Assembly (NCBI RefSeq): GCF_025210435.1
Contig: NZ_JAOART010000042.1
Coordinates: 1-40,000 of the forward strand
Reading direction: 5' to 3'
Origin: Anaeromicrobium sp.
GTDB taxonomy: Bacteria > Bacillota > Clostridia > Peptostreptococcales > Thermotaleaceae
Length of the DNA stretch: 40,000 bases
A program made the position numbers and the translations under genes. Below are positions 25,330 to 35,110 of the stretch, piece by piece. The notes under the pieces were generated by a model. It worked only from the letters and a program-made list of their open reading frames with translations, did no database searches and was not told the origin of the DNA. Numbering within the stretch: the first letter of the stretch is position 1; each line of letters starts with the position of its first letter.

Positions 25330-27078
25330 TTATATTCTATCTCTCTTTTCATAGTGAGTGTGTAATAAATCATGAGATTTATGGCCAAGGGGTTTTCCTA
25401 GGAACTCTTCATATAGTTTGATGATCTCAGGGTTTTCGTGGGATTTTCTCAATGTCTTACCAGCATCCTCTTCGTATATTGCCTTGTGACGTGCTTCAAT
25501 TATAGATGCATCTCCATGGTGATATGGTTGGCCACCTCCACCAACACATCCACCAGGGCAGGCCATGATTTCTATGGCGTGGTAGTGAGATTTTCCATCC
25601 CTAATATCTTCTAATAATCTTCTGGCATTTCCAAGTCCATGGGCAATACCTATTTTAAGTTCTTTTCCCTTTAAGTCAACGGTAGCTTCCCTAATGCCAT
25701 CAAGACCACGTAGTTGTTTAAAGTCAACCTTTTCTAAAGTTTCCCCAGTAGCCCACTCATAGGCAGTACGAAGGGCAGCTTCAATAACTCCACCAGTTGT
25801 ACCAAATATTACAGATGCTCCAGTACTTTCTCCCATTAATTTATCAAATTCTCCATCTGGTAATTTAGTGAAGTCCATACCAGCTTCTTTAATCATAGTG
25901 GCAAATTCTCTTGTAGTAACTACTAAATCCACATCATTAGCATTATCTTTAGTAAGTTCTGGTCTTTCAGCTTCAGCTTTTTTGGCTACACATGGCATAA
26001 CAGATACTACTACAATCTTATTTGGATCTATTCCCATTTTCTCAGCATAATAAGTTTTAGCAATGGCACCAAACATAATATGTGGTGATTTACATGTGGA
26101 TGGTATATCTAACAACTCTGGGAATTGATGCTCAATGAATTTAACCCAAGCTGGACAACAGCTAGTTAACATTGGAAGGGTTCCGTTGTTTTCTAATCTA
26201 TGGATTAATTCAGATGCTTCTTCCATAATAGTTAAGTCAGCAGCGAAGTCCGTATCAAATACTCCATCAAATCCTAGCCTCTTTAAGGCTGTAGCTATTT
26301 TTCCAGTTACTATAGTTCCTGGTGCCATTCCAAATTCTTCACCTAAGGCAACACGAATTGCTGGTGCTATTTGGGCAATAACATATTTATCCTTATGTTC
26401 AATAGCACTCCATACCTTATCTATAGAGTTAACTTCCGTTAAAGCTGCCGTAGGACATACGGCAACACATTGTCCGCAGTAAGTACATGAAGTATCTTTC
26501 ATTGGAAGATTAAATGCAGGTCCAACAATAGCATCAAAACCCCTGTCTAACCCAGATAATATTCCACAGGTTTGAACGTCATTACACATGGTTTCACAAC
26601 GTCTACACATGATACATTTACTTGGATCTTTTACTATTGAAGCACTTGAAGTATCCTTTGCATATTCTTTCTTTTCACCCTCAAATTTGATTCTAGTGAT
26701 ACCTAAATCCTTAGCTAGGGCTTGTAAGTCACAGTCTAAGTTTCTAGGGCAGGTAAAACACTCATTTGGATGATTTGATAATAATAACTCTACAGCCATC
26801 CTTCTTGCTTTAATAGCCCTAATAGAGTCTGTCTTTATATCCATTCCCTCTGATACTTTAGTAACACAGGCTGGAGCTAAATTATTTTTTCCTGCTACTT
26901 CTACCATACAAACACGGCAAGAAGCGGCCTTGTTAACGGCTTTTAAGTTGTGTAAATCTAAGTGACACAATGTAGGAATATTAATGCCTGCATCCTTAGC
27001 CACGTCTAATATGGTGCTATCCTTAGGTACTTGATAATCTTCACCATTTATAATAATTGAAACTGTTTCTTTAGACAT
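25330..27078 (-). CDS. hndD: [FeFe] hydrogenase catalytic subunit (group A, HndD/HydA-like)
   Basis: H-cluster motifs TSCCPAW, MPCVAKKAE and EIMACPGGCVGGGGQP are present, together with an N-terminal 2Fe-2S domain and two 4Fe-4S ferredoxin domains. Confidence 0.9.
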   Translation of the reverse strand: MSKETVSIIINGEDYQVPKDSTILDVAKDAGINIPTLCHLDLHNLKAVNKAASCRVCMVEVAGKNNLAPACVTKVSEGMDIKTDSIRAIKARRMAVELLLSNHPNECFTCPRNLDCDLQALAKDLGITRIKFEGEKKEYAKDTSSASIVKDPSKCIMCRRCETMCNDVQTCGILSGLDRGFDAIVGPAFNLPMKDTSCTYCGQCVAVCPTAALTEVNSIDKVWSAIEHKDKYVIAQIAPAIRVALGEEFGMAPGTIVTGKIATALKRLGFDGVFDTDFAADLTIMEEASELIHRLENNGTLPMLTSCCPAWVKFIEHQFPELLDIPSTCKSPHIMFGAIAKTYYAEKMGIDPNKIVVVSVMPCVAKKAEAERPELTKDNANDVDLVVTTREFATMIKEAGMDFTKLPDGEFDKLMGESTGASVIFGTTGGVIEAALRTAYEWATGETLEKVDFKQLRGLDGIREATVDLKGKELKIGIAHGLGNARRLLEDIRDGKSHYHAIEIMACPGGCVGGGGQPYHHGDASIIEARHKAIYEEDAGKTLRKSHENPEIIKLYEEFLGKPLGHKSHDLLHTHYEKRDRI

Positions 27079-27097
27079 ATTATCACCTCGCTCTTTA

Positions 27098-28891
27098 CTA
27101 TGGTTTAACTATTGCACTAAATTTACATGTGTTAAAACATGCTCCACACTTAATACATCTGCTTTCATCTATAACGTGTTCTTTTTTAACTTCACCTTCA
27201 ATACAATCTACAGGACAAACTCTAGCACAGGCAGTACATCCAACGCATTTTTCAGGAATGATCTTATACTTGGCAAGGCCAGAACATTCTCCTGTAGGAC
27301 AGTGTTTGTCTTTAACGTGGGCCAGGTATTCATCCCAAAAGAAGTTCATAGTACTAAGTACTGGGTTAGGAGCCGTTTGTCCTAGACCACACAAGGAACT
27401 TCCCTTAATCATATGGGATAATTCTTTTAAGTTTTGTAAATCATCCATACTTCCTTCACCATCAGTGATCTTTTGTAATATTTCATACATTCTCTTAGTA
27501 CCTACACGACAAGGAGTACATCTACCGCAAGATTCTTCCATAGTGAACTCTAAGTAGAATTTGGCAATATTTACCATGCAATTGTCTTCGTCCATTACGA
27601 TCATACCACCAGAACCCATCATAGATCCGATACCCATTAAACTTTCATAATCAATTGGAGTATCTAAGTCCTTCTCTGTGATTACACCACCAGATGGTCC
27701 TCCCGTTTGAACAGCCTTAAATTTCTTTCCGTGTTGTATTCCACCGCCAATATCATATATTATTTCCCTTAAGGTAATACCCATAGGAACTTCAACTAGG
27801 CCTACGTTGTTTACTTTTCCAGCTAGGGCGAAAACCTTAGTTCCTTTGGATTTTTCACTTCCAATGGAGCTAAACCATTTGGCACCCTTTAAAATGATAG
27901 GTGGAATATTAGCAAAAGTCTCCACGTTGTTAACGGATGTGGGCATTCCTTTATATCCACTTTCTGCCGGATATGGAGGTTTATAAGTAGGCTCTCCACG
28001 TTTACCTTCTAAGGAGTGGATAAGTGCAGTTTCTTCACCACATACGAAGGCTCCAGCTCCGTATTTAATATCTATATCAAAGTTAAATCCTGTACCGAAT
28101 ATATCTTTTCCTAATAATCCAGTTTCACGAGCTTGCTTAATAGCCACGTTTAATCTCTCAATTGCTAGTGGGTATTCAGCACGAATATAGATATATCCAA
28201 AATCAGCTCCTATGGCATATCCAGCTATGGCCATGGCTTCTAATACAGAATGGGGATCACCCTCTAGGATACTTCTATCCATGAATGCTCCTGGATCTCC
28301 TTCATCAGCATTACATATGATATACTTTTGATCAGATTCTGATTGTCTAGTGAATTTCCATTTAAGTCCTGTGGGGAATCCACCACCTCCACGACCACGA
28401 AGTCCTGATTCTTGAATTTCTTCAATAACTTCATCTGGAGTCATTTTAGTCAATACTTTTCCAAGGGCTGCATATCCATCAAATGCTATGTATTCATGAA
28501 TATCCTCTGGATTAACTAAACCACAATTCCTTAAAGCTATACGTAATTGCTTTTGATAAAAGGGCATATTTTCGTGTTCTTGGATTTTCTTTTTCATGTT
28601 TGGTTCTTCATAAAGAAGTCTTTCAACTTTTCTTCCCTTGATAATGTGTTCATCAATGATTTCCTTAGCATCCTGGGGTTTAACTTTTACGTAAAATACA
28701 TTATCTGGATGGATTTTTATTATGGGACCTTGTTCGCAAAATCCAAAACATCCAGTTTTAACAACCTGTACCTCTTTGTCATAGCCACGATCCTTTAGGA
28801 TGAGTTCTAGGTTTTTAATTACCTTGTCACCTTCTGATGCAAGGCACCCAGTACCTCCACAGACCATTATATTTATGCGATAATTGTTCAT
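27098..28891 (-). CDS. hndC: NuoF-like flavoprotein subunit of bifurcating hydrogenase (HndC/HydB)
   Basis: Has the GRGGGGFPTGLKW FMN/NADH site, a SLBB region and C-terminal 4Fe-4S Cys clusters (CxxCxxCxxxCP twice). 597 aa. Confidence 0.9.
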   Translation of the reverse strand: MNNYRINIMVCGGTGCLASEGDKVIKNLELILKDRGYDKEVQVVKTGCFGFCEQGPIIKIHPDNVFYVKVKPQDAKEIIDEHIIKGRKVERLLYEEPNMKKKIQEHENMPFYQKQLRIALRNCGLVNPEDIHEYIAFDGYAALGKVLTKMTPDEVIEEIQESGLRGRGGGGFPTGLKWKFTRQSESDQKYIICNADEGDPGAFMDRSILEGDPHSVLEAMAIAGYAIGADFGYIYIRAEYPLAIERLNVAIKQARETGLLGKDIFGTGFNFDIDIKYGAGAFVCGEETALIHSLEGKRGEPTYKPPYPAESGYKGMPTSVNNVETFANIPPIILKGAKWFSSIGSEKSKGTKVFALAGKVNNVGLVEVPMGITLREIIYDIGGGIQHGKKFKAVQTGGPSGGVITEKDLDTPIDYESLMGIGSMMGSGGMIVMDEDNCMVNIAKFYLEFTMEESCGRCTPCRVGTKRMYEILQKITDGEGSMDDLQNLKELSHMIKGSSLCGLGQTAPNPVLSTMNFFWDEYLAHVKDKHCPTGECSGLAKYKIIPEKCVGCTACARVCPVDCIEGEVKKEHVIDESRCIKCGACFNTCKFSAIVKP

Positions 28892-28939
28892 TATTTACCT
28901 CCTAACCTAATATGAAATTTTTCATTTGGAAATCCTAAT

Positions 28940-29332
28940 TTATGGACGAACAAAGTCAACATCAATTACATATTGGTCCAATACTTTTCCGTTTATAATA
29001 TGCTCTTTAATGATTTCACGACCCTTTGATGGATCTATTTTTCCATATACTACAGGTTTTTCGTTAGGACGATTTACCTGGATTATTGGTTCTGAATGGC
29101 AAAGTCCTATGCAACCTACTTGGATAACTTTAACATCCATTAGGTTATTATTATTAACTTCTTCAACTAAGGCATTTAATGTCTCTCTAGCACCAGATGC
29201 TATACCACATGTGGACATTCCCACAAGGATTTCCGTATGGGGTGAATCGGATTCACCAGTTTGTCTTAAATTCACCTTTTTAAGGGAGTTTTCTCTTATC
29301 TTTTTCAATTCATCTAAAGATTTAATTTGCAT
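28940..29332 (-). CDS. hndB: thioredoxin-like [2Fe-2S] ferredoxin subunit (HndB-like)
   Basis: 130 aa with Cys residues in MSTCGIASG and GCIGLCHSEP. Located between the NuoE-like and NuoF-like genes. Confidence 0.75.
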   Translation of the reverse strand: MQIKSLDELKKIRENSLKKVNLRQTGESDSPHTEILVGMSTCGIASGARETLNALVEEVNNNNLMDVKVIQVGCIGLCHSEPIIQVNRPNEKPVVYGKIDPSKGREIIKEHIINGKVLDQYVIDVDFVRP

Positions 29333-29334
29333 AC

Positions 29335-29853
29335 TTATGCCTCCTCACCTGTATAGGAATCTAAAATTTCATCCATTTCTTCTACAGTAACTCTGCCGTA
29401 TACCTTTTCACCGATAGTTACTACTGGTGCAAGGCCACAGGCTCCTATGCAGCGAACGCTTTTTAATGTGAACAAGCCATCACCTGTAGTTTCTTCAGGT
29501 TTAATATTTAATCTTTGGCTGATCCTTTCTATTACTTTGTCAGCACCCCTTACAAAGCATGCGGTGCCCATACATACGCTTATTGTGTATTTGCCAACAG
29601 GTTCAGTTGTGAAATATGAGTAAAAACTTACGACACCATAAACTTCAGCAGCTGGAAGATTTAATGTTCTAGCTACAAATAATTGAACTTCCTTTGGTAA
29701 ATAACCAAAAATAGTTTGAGCCTTATGTAATATACTGATTAAAGCACCATCGATTGTATCCAAGTTTTCTATATATTTTCTTAGGTCATGGAATTTTTCT
29801 TTTCCTAGATTTGCAGTTTCTGGAATTTGTACATTTAAATTTAAATGACTCAC
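29335..29853 (-). CDS. hndA: NuoE-like [2Fe-2S] subunit (HndA/HydC)
   Basis: Cys pattern VCMGTACFVRG...CIGACGLAP. GTG at 29853 lies 5 nt after AAGGAAGGTGA; the tracked GTG at 29862 abuts the SD. Confidence 0.8.
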   Translation of the reverse strand: MSHLNLNVQIPETANLGKEKFHDLRKYIENLDTIDGALISILHKAQTIFGYLPKEVQLFVARTLNLPAAEVYGVVSFYSYFTTEPVGKYTISVCMGTACFVRGADKVIERISQRLNIKPEETTGDGLFTLKSVRCIGACGLAPVVTIGEKVYGRVTVEEMDEILDSYTGEEA

Positions 29854-29986
29854 AATTTTCACCTTCCTTTCGTGTGATAAAAAGACTTTTACTTATATAA
29901 TTTACCCTTTTCAAAGGGAAAATAATCCTTTTCTTATATAAAAGTTGTAATTACAATAATTTTCTCAAAATTCACAAGATAAGTCA

Positions 29987-30004
29987 ATGATAAATTATTA
30001 ACAA
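29987..30004. promoter_or_regulatory. possible Rex-type operator upstream of hnd operon
   Basis: ATGATAAATTATTAACAA matches 12 of 14 specified positions of the clostridial Rex consensus TTGTTAA-N4-TTAACAA. It lies ~135 bp upstream of hndA. Confidence 0.3.
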
Positions 30005-30055
30005 TCTTAGAGAAAGAATTACAATTATTTGAATAAACTTACAGTTCATAATCTA

Positions 30056-30084
30056 TTGCAAAATATTTTTACATGTGTTAAGAT
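30056..30084 (+). promoter_or_regulatory. sigma-A-type promoter for tRNA-Ser / SRP RNA
   Basis: TTGCAA, 17 nt, then TAAGAT, with a TG extension (TGTTAAGAT). Lies ~40 nt upstream of the tRNA 5' end. Confidence 0.45.
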
Positions 30085-30126
30085 AGTATATGTCGTGATT
30101 GAAGAGAAAATCTTTAATCTCTATAT

Positions 30127-30214
30127 GGAGAGATGACCGAGTGGCTAAGGAGCACGCCTGGAAAGCGTGTAAGGCTTAACGGCCCCGCGGGTTCGAGTCC
30201 CGCTCTCTCCGCCA
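30127..30214 (+). tRNA. tRNA-Ser (anticodon GGA), CCA encoded
   Basis: Acceptor stem GGAGAGA/TCTCTCC, anticodon arm CACGC-CTGGAAA-GCGTG, long variable arm, T arm GCGGG-TTCGAGT-CCCGC, discriminator G, then CCA. Confidence 0.9.
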
Positions 30215-30235
30215 TTTAAAAAGTTTATAAAGTTT

Positions 30236-30501
30236 GCTGTGCTAGATGGGAAGTTGGCGGTGTCCTGTAACCTGCAATCCGCCTTAGCAGGGTCGAACGC
30301 CTATTAGAGGCCTGTCGTTGTGAGGTCTGCCCCGTACAAGTGGCGATGAGATTTGGGTCTTGTGCAATGAAAGCCTATGAACCTCGTCAGATCCGGAAGG
30401 AAGCAGCGATAAGTAGTCCCTTTCATGTGCCACAAGGGTGCCTGAGTTGAGTTAACTATACGGGTCACGCTTGTAACGGCTTGTCGATATAGGTGCACAG
30501 C
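30236..30501 (+). ncRNA. ffs: signal recognition particle RNA (long Bacillus/Clostridium type)
   Basis: Conserved domain IV sequence CAGATCCGGAAGGAAGCAGC. Terminal helix GCTGTGC...GCACAGC. ~266 nt, GC-rich relative to its flanks. Has the classic position just upstream of dnaX. Confidence 0.85.
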
Positions 30502-30521
30502 TTTTATATAAAGTATAATAG

Positions 30522-30556
30522 CATGTAGATTCATATGAATTCTACATGTTTTTTTA
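30522..30556 (+). terminator. rho-independent terminator after SRP RNA
   Basis: Stem CATGTAGA(T)TTCA / TGAATTCTACATG followed by T8. Confidence 0.75.
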
Positions 30557-30730
30557 TTGTTAATAAAAATTTAAGGAATTTTCAAAATATTTATAAAGTA
30601 TACTATGCTTATTGAAATTGATTAAATGTGAGAAAATGTATAAGAAATTAACTAATTTTATGAAGACAATACTTTATAGATTTATAATAATAATTTACAT
30701 ATACTAATTAGTATTTTAAAATAAGAGTAA

Positions 30731-30835
30731 GTATAGATTTCTTATTTATAAACCAGCTTTATGTGTGCCTATTTCAGGGAACTATTGAAAATTTTTTCCT
30801 GAAATAGACTCAAGTAAAGCTATAGACGAGTATTA
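30731..30835. repeat. inverted pair of the interspersed repeat family (palindromic copy)
   Basis: The reverse complement of 30731-30780 reads TCCCTGAAATAGGCACACATAAAGCTGGTTTATAAATAAGAAATCTATAC. A partial direct copy TGAAAATTTTTTCCTGAAATAGACTCAAGTAAAGCTATAGAC lies at 30786-30830. Confidence 0.7.
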
Positions 30836-30865
30836 ATAGAATATACAAAAGAAAGGTAATGTGTT

Positions 30866-32500
30866 ATGGCATATATAGCGTTATATAGAAAGTATAGACC
30901 AAATAAATTTGAAGATGTGGTAGGACAAAGTCATATTACAAGGACACTTAAAAATCAAATAGAGAATAATAATATTGCCCATGCATACTTGTTTTGTGGA
31001 ACTAGGGGTACGGGGAAAACTTCTACGGCTAAAATATTTGCCCGTGCAGTGAATTGTTTAAATCCTATAGATAATAATCCTTGTAATGAGTGTGAAATTT
31101 GTTTGGGAATTTTAAATGAAAGTATAATGGATGTAATTGAGATAGATGCAGCATCTAATAATGGTGTGGATGATGTGAGGGAAATTAGGGAAAATGTAAA
31201 ATATCCACCTACTAAGGGAAAGTATAAGGTCTATATAGTAGATGAGGTTCACATGTTATCTACAGGTGCCTTTAATGCCCTTTTAAAAACCTTAGAAGAA
31301 CCTCCCCATTATGTAATCTTCATATTAGCCACGACGGAACCTCATAAAATACCCGCAACCATATTATCTAGATGTCAAAGGTTTGATTTAAAGAGAATTA
31401 AGGAAGATGATATATCAGGTACTATGGAATCTATTTGTGGTAGCATGAATATCCATGTGGATAGGCAAGCCCTAGAGCTTATAGCTAGAAATTCAGATGG
31501 AGCCTTAAGGGATGCCCTTAGTATATTAGACCAATGCGTTTCGATTAATGAAAATAATATAACCTATGATAATGTGATAGACATACTAGGAACCGTAAAT
31601 GATTCATATTTATTGGATTTAGTAGATAATATAAAAGATGAAAATACTAAGGAATGTATGAAACTCATAGAAAACTTAGTGGATTCAGGCAAGGATATAC
31701 ATCAGTTTATTAAGGTTTTAATAACCCATTATAGGAATCTCATGATGAGTAAAATATCAGATGATTTAGGGGGAATAATAAATTTATCTAAGGAAAATAT
31801 ACAAAGGCTTTGTAAGCAAAGTGAAAGTTTATCTATGAACTCTATTAGTAGGAGTATAAACCTATTATCTAAATTATCTGCCGATGCAAAATGGGCATCT
31901 CAGCCAAGGGTATTGTTAGAACTTACAATCATAAAGTTATCTTCTCCCCAAGTGGATAATTCTGTAGAAGGGTTGTTAGATAGGATAGAATCCCTAGAGA
32001 GAAGAATAAAAACAGGTCAGATAAATGTGGTTTCTAATCCTGTCCCTATGGAAGAGGTTAATGAAAAACCAAAGGAAGATGCAAAAGAAGAAGTAAAAAA
32101 AGAAATTAAACCTGCCACAGTAGTTTCTAGGGGAGATAGATTTAATAGTATTAAAAATAATTGGGAGGGCATATTAAAGGTCATTAAGAAAAAGAAAATA
32201 TCATTACATGCTGTACTAATAGAAGGAAGTCTAGTGGGATTTAAAAACAATAAATTAGTCATATCCTTTGGTGACGCCTTTTCTTTTCATAAAGAAATGG
32301 CATCTCAAGGAAGTGACTTTATACAAAGTGTAATGAAAGAAATGTATGGTGAAAGTATAGGTCTAGATTTTGTTATGGAGTCGCATATAAAGAACTTATC
32401 TGTTAAAAAGGAAGATGAACCAGAAGAACCCCAAAATGAGGAAGCAGAAGTTGAAAAGATAAAAGAAAAGTTTGGAGAATTTAATTTGGAAATACTATAA
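30866..32500 (+). CDS. dnaX: DNA polymerase III subunit gamma/tau
   Basis: N-terminus MAYIALYRKYRPNKFEDVVGQ, Walker A GTRGTGKTS, Zn module CNECEIC, Walker B YIVDEVHMLS, sensor SRCQRF. Confidence 0.95.
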   Translation: MAYIALYRKYRPNKFEDVVGQSHITRTLKNQIENNNIAHAYLFCGTRGTGKTSTAKIFARAVNCLNPIDNNPCNECEICLGILNESIMDVIEIDAASNNGVDDVREIRENVKYPPTKGKYKVYIVDEVHMLSTGAFNALLKTLEEPPHYVIFILATTEPHKIPATILSRCQRFDLKRIKEDDISGTMESICGSMNIHVDRQALELIARNSDGALRDALSILDQCVSINENNITYDNVIDILGTVNDSYLLDLVDNIKDENTKECMKLIENLVDSGKDIHQFIKVLITHYRNLMMSKISDDLGGIINLSKENIQRLCKQSESLSMNSISRSINLLSKLSADAKWASQPRVLLELTIIKLSSPQVDNSVEGLLDRIESLERRIKTGQINVVSNPVPMEEVNEKPKEDAKEEVKKEIKPATVVSRGDRFNSIKNNWEGILKVIKKKKISLHAVLIEGSLVGFKNNKLVISFGDAFSFHKEMASQGSDFIQSVMKEMYGESIGLDFVMESHIKNLSVKKEDEPEEPQNEEAEVEKIKEKFGEFNLEIL

Positions 32501-32520
32501 GGGTGATATTAATCACCCTT
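32499..32520. terminator. hairpin shared by convergent dnaX and histidine kinase genes
   Basis: AAGGGTGAT-ATTA-ATCACCCTT. It overlaps both stop codons. Confidence 0.55.
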
Positions 32521-34323
32521 GTTTAAACTGAAGAAAAACTCTACTCCTTTAGTAGTATTTTTCACTCCAAAGGAACTGTTATGAAGTTCTAATATATTTT
32601 TAACTATGAGTAAACCAAGTCCCGTGCCTCCTGATGCTTTACTTCTAGATTTTTCAACCCTATAGAATCTATCCCATATCTTATGGATTTCATCCTCGGG
32701 TATGTGGGTTCCTGTGTTTTCCATATAAAAATAGATCTCACCGTCCCTTTCATCTATGGATATATTTATTTTTTCATTTTGGGGACTATACCTTATGGCG
32801 TTGGAAAATAAATTGTTTATAACCTGTTCTATCTTAGACTTATGAGCGTATACTGTGGATTTTTTTATATTTAAGTTTACTTTCAGGTTTTTATTTTCAA
32901 CCATACCCTTAAATTTATCCTTTGAGTAAAGGATTAATTTATCTAAGGAAAAATAGTTCTTATTTAGTTTGAAACCTTTAGACTCTAACTTGGATAATTG
33001 GAGCATATCTAAAATGAGTTTGTCCATTTGCTCTACTTCGTCAATTATCACATCTAAATAATAATCCTTCTTCTTTTCATATATACCATCCTTTATGCCC
33101 TCGGAAAAACTTTTGATTATACCTAATGGAGTTTTTAATTCATGGGATATATTTGCCACAAATTCTCGCCTAATATTTTCTTGCTGGCGTTCCTTTTCCA
33201 TGTCATCTACTAATTTTTCATTGGCTATTTTTAATTGGTTTAAATTATGTTCTAAGTTTTTAGATAGTATGTTTAAATTCTTCCCCAGACTTCCTAATTC
33301 ATCATTACTATTTACTTCACAATAATTACTAAAGTCTAAGGTAGCCATTTTTTTAGCCACCCTATTAATATTTATAAGGGGTTTTGATATGATTTTGGAA
33401 TAAAAGAATGATAAAATACCTATTAAAAATAATGCAACTATGAAAAAATATATATAGTATTTTTCTATTACAGTTAAAGCCTCACTAACGGGTTGAAGGG
33501 AAGTGGAAGAAAATACATATTTAGTTTCTAATCCTACTTTAAAGGATTTTATAAAAATAACATGGTTTATGTTAGTCATTTCATCTATATAATCATAGCT
33601 TATAAAGTCACCCTGTGGAGGGGCAAATAAACTTGGATCTGCAAAAAAGTTATTGATCTGTCCTAACAAAATATCATCATAAAAAAAGGTGAAATCCTTA
33701 GAATAATCTGCACGACTTAAGTTTACGATAGTTCCTTTAATGGATGATTCTTTTAAATAATTATCTAAGGTTAAAATATTTTCAGTAGTGGTATCCTCTA
33801 TTTCCAGATAGTATTCTGTGTTTTTATTTGGTACATATTCTTTTCCCTTATATTTTATAGAATAAATATCTATAAATTCATTAAAGTTTTCATCTATCAA
33901 ACCATCTAAGTATATTTCATCATTTAAATTAAATTTTACACTCTGAAAGTCCTCATCATATAATTGGATATCTAAATATACTTTATAAAGTTTGTTATAT
34001 TCTCCTTTAATTACCATGGCCTCTGGAATGGGATTTATCATAGAAGACAATTCTATGTTACCAGAACTATCTGTTATGGCCAGATAAGAATTATTTTCTT
34101 CTATAAACTTATTTATTTCCTTATATGAAGCATTAAAGTTTTCTTCTGTGGAAGGATATTTTTTGATAAATTCATTTATACTGTCTTTTGTGTTCTTAAT
34201 TTTTTCATTGTAGTATACCCGTTCTAAAAAAAGACGTTGAAAAATCATTTGAAATAATAAAAAGGTTAGAAAAGTGCAGGAGGTGATTAAGAATAATTTA
34301 AATACTATGCTTTGTCTTTTCAT
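32509..34323 (-). CDS. sensor histidine kinase (two TM segments, large extracytoplasmic domain, HAMP, HisKA, HATPase)
   Basis: H-box FVANISHELKTPL, N-box NLFSNAIRYSP, G-box GGTGLGLLIVKNI. ATG at 34323 lies 1 nt after the regulator stop (tracked TTG at 34338). Confidence 0.9.
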   Translation of the reverse strand: MKRQSIVFKLFLITSCTFLTFLLFQMIFQRLFLERVYYNEKIKNTKDSINEFIKKYPSTEENFNASYKEINKFIEENNSYLAITDSSGNIELSSMINPIPEAMVIKGEYNKLYKVYLDIQLYDEDFQSVKFNLNDEIYLDGLIDENFNEFIDIYSIKYKGKEYVPNKNTEYYLEIEDTTTENILTLDNYLKESSIKGTIVNLSRADYSKDFTFFYDDILLGQINNFFADPSLFAPPQGDFISYDYIDEMTNINHVIFIKSFKVGLETKYVFSSTSLQPVSEALTVIEKYYIYFFIVALFLIGILSFFYSKIISKPLININRVAKKMATLDFSNYCEVNSNDELGSLGKNLNILSKNLEHNLNQLKIANEKLVDDMEKERQQENIRREFVANISHELKTPLGIIKSFSEGIKDGIYEKKKDYYLDVIIDEVEQMDKLILDMLQLSKLESKGFKLNKNYFSLDKLILYSKDKFKGMVENKNLKVNLNIKKSTVYAHKSKIEQVINNLFSNAIRYSPQNEKINISIDERDGEIYFYMENTGTHIPEDEIHKIWDRFYRVEKSRSKASGGTGLGLLIVKNILELHNSSFGVKNTTKGVEFFFSLNKGD

Positions 34324-34324
34324 T

Positions 34325-35002
34325 TTAAAGGACCTCAAACTTATATCCTACCCTTATGAGGGTATGAATATAGGATGACTTGTCACCGAGTTTTTTTCTC
34401 AACTTTTTTATATGGGTATCTACAACCCTTAAATCACCAAAAAAATCATATGCCCATACATTGTTCAAAATAGTTTCCCTAGATAATACTAAGCCTTTGT
34501 TTTCTATAAGGTAAACTAATAGGGAAAATTCCTTAGGAGCCAAATCTAATTGTTTTCCATCCATGGTTATAATATGGGAACTTTTGTCTATTTTAATACC
34601 TCCTACTTCTAATGTATTAATTGAAGAATTAATGGAACCAGATGCCCTTTTTAGAAGGTTTTTTGCCCTTGCCACTAGTACTTTAGGGCTAAAGGGTTTT
34701 GTGACGTATTCGTCAGCACCTAATTCAAATCCCATTAATTTATCATCTTCATCGGAGCGGGCTGTGATTATTATGATAGGTACATCTGAGTTTTTCCTAA
34801 TCCTCCTACATACAGACCAGCCGTCTAATTTGGGCATCATTATATCTAATACTACTAAATCTATTTTATTAGAGTTAAACAAATCTAAGGCCTCTTGACC
34901 ATCTACTGCTTCAAATACATTAAAATCATTTGCCTTAAAGTAATCGGAAGTGATTTCTAATATTCTAGCTTCATCTTCCACTATAAGTACATTTTTATTC
35001 AA
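34325..35002 (-). CDS. OmpR-family response regulator
   Basis: Receiver domain VLIVEDE..LVVLDIMMPKLDG..KPF plus a winged-helix C-terminus (RVVDTHIKKLRKKL). TTG start lies 7 nt after AAGGAGG. Confidence 0.9.
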   Translation of the reverse strand: MNKNVLIVEDEARILEITSDYFKANDFNVFEAVDGQEALDLFNSNKIDLVVLDIMMPKLDGWSVCRRIRKNSDVPIIIITARSDEDDKLMGFELGADEYVTKPFSPKVLVARAKNLLKRASGSINSSINTLEVGGIKIDKSSHIITMDGKQLDLAPKEFSLLVYLIENKGLVLSRETILNNVWAYDFFGDLRVVDTHIKKLRKKLGDKSSYIHTLIRVGYKFEVL

Positions 35003-35110
35003 AAAAATACCTCCTTTTTATTTCTTTTAATAATTTATAATATAGCATAAAAATAAGGGAGGACAAAAGCTATTAAACTTTATGTACTCCCTTTTTTTGG
35101 GATAAACTAC

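Noticed and set aside
23717-27557. Antisense ORFs within the MATE, hndD and hndC genes (23717-23935, 25868-26050, 26135-26482, 26588-26773, 27129-27557, 27176-27385, 28547-28798)
   Set aside because: They overlap genes that have diagnostic motifs on the opposite strand.
28926-29390. 154-aa plus-strand ORF
   Set aside because: It is antisense to hndB/hndA, which carry clear Fe-S motifs and SDs. It is an antisense shadow ORF.
29945-29956. 12-bp perfect palindrome TTGTAATTACAA as a Rex box
   Set aside because: The half-sites abut with no N4 spacer, so it does not fit the Rex consensus geometry. It is kept only as an unexplained palindrome.
30304-30534. 76-aa minus-strand ORF
   Set aside because: It lies entirely inside the SRP RNA gene. 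It is GC-rich structured RNA with no SD.
5561-30835. CRISPR array formed by the repeated ~65-bp units
   Set aside because: The copies are kilobases apart, occur in mixed orientations and are imperfect. There is no regular repeat-spacer periodicity and there are no cas genes.
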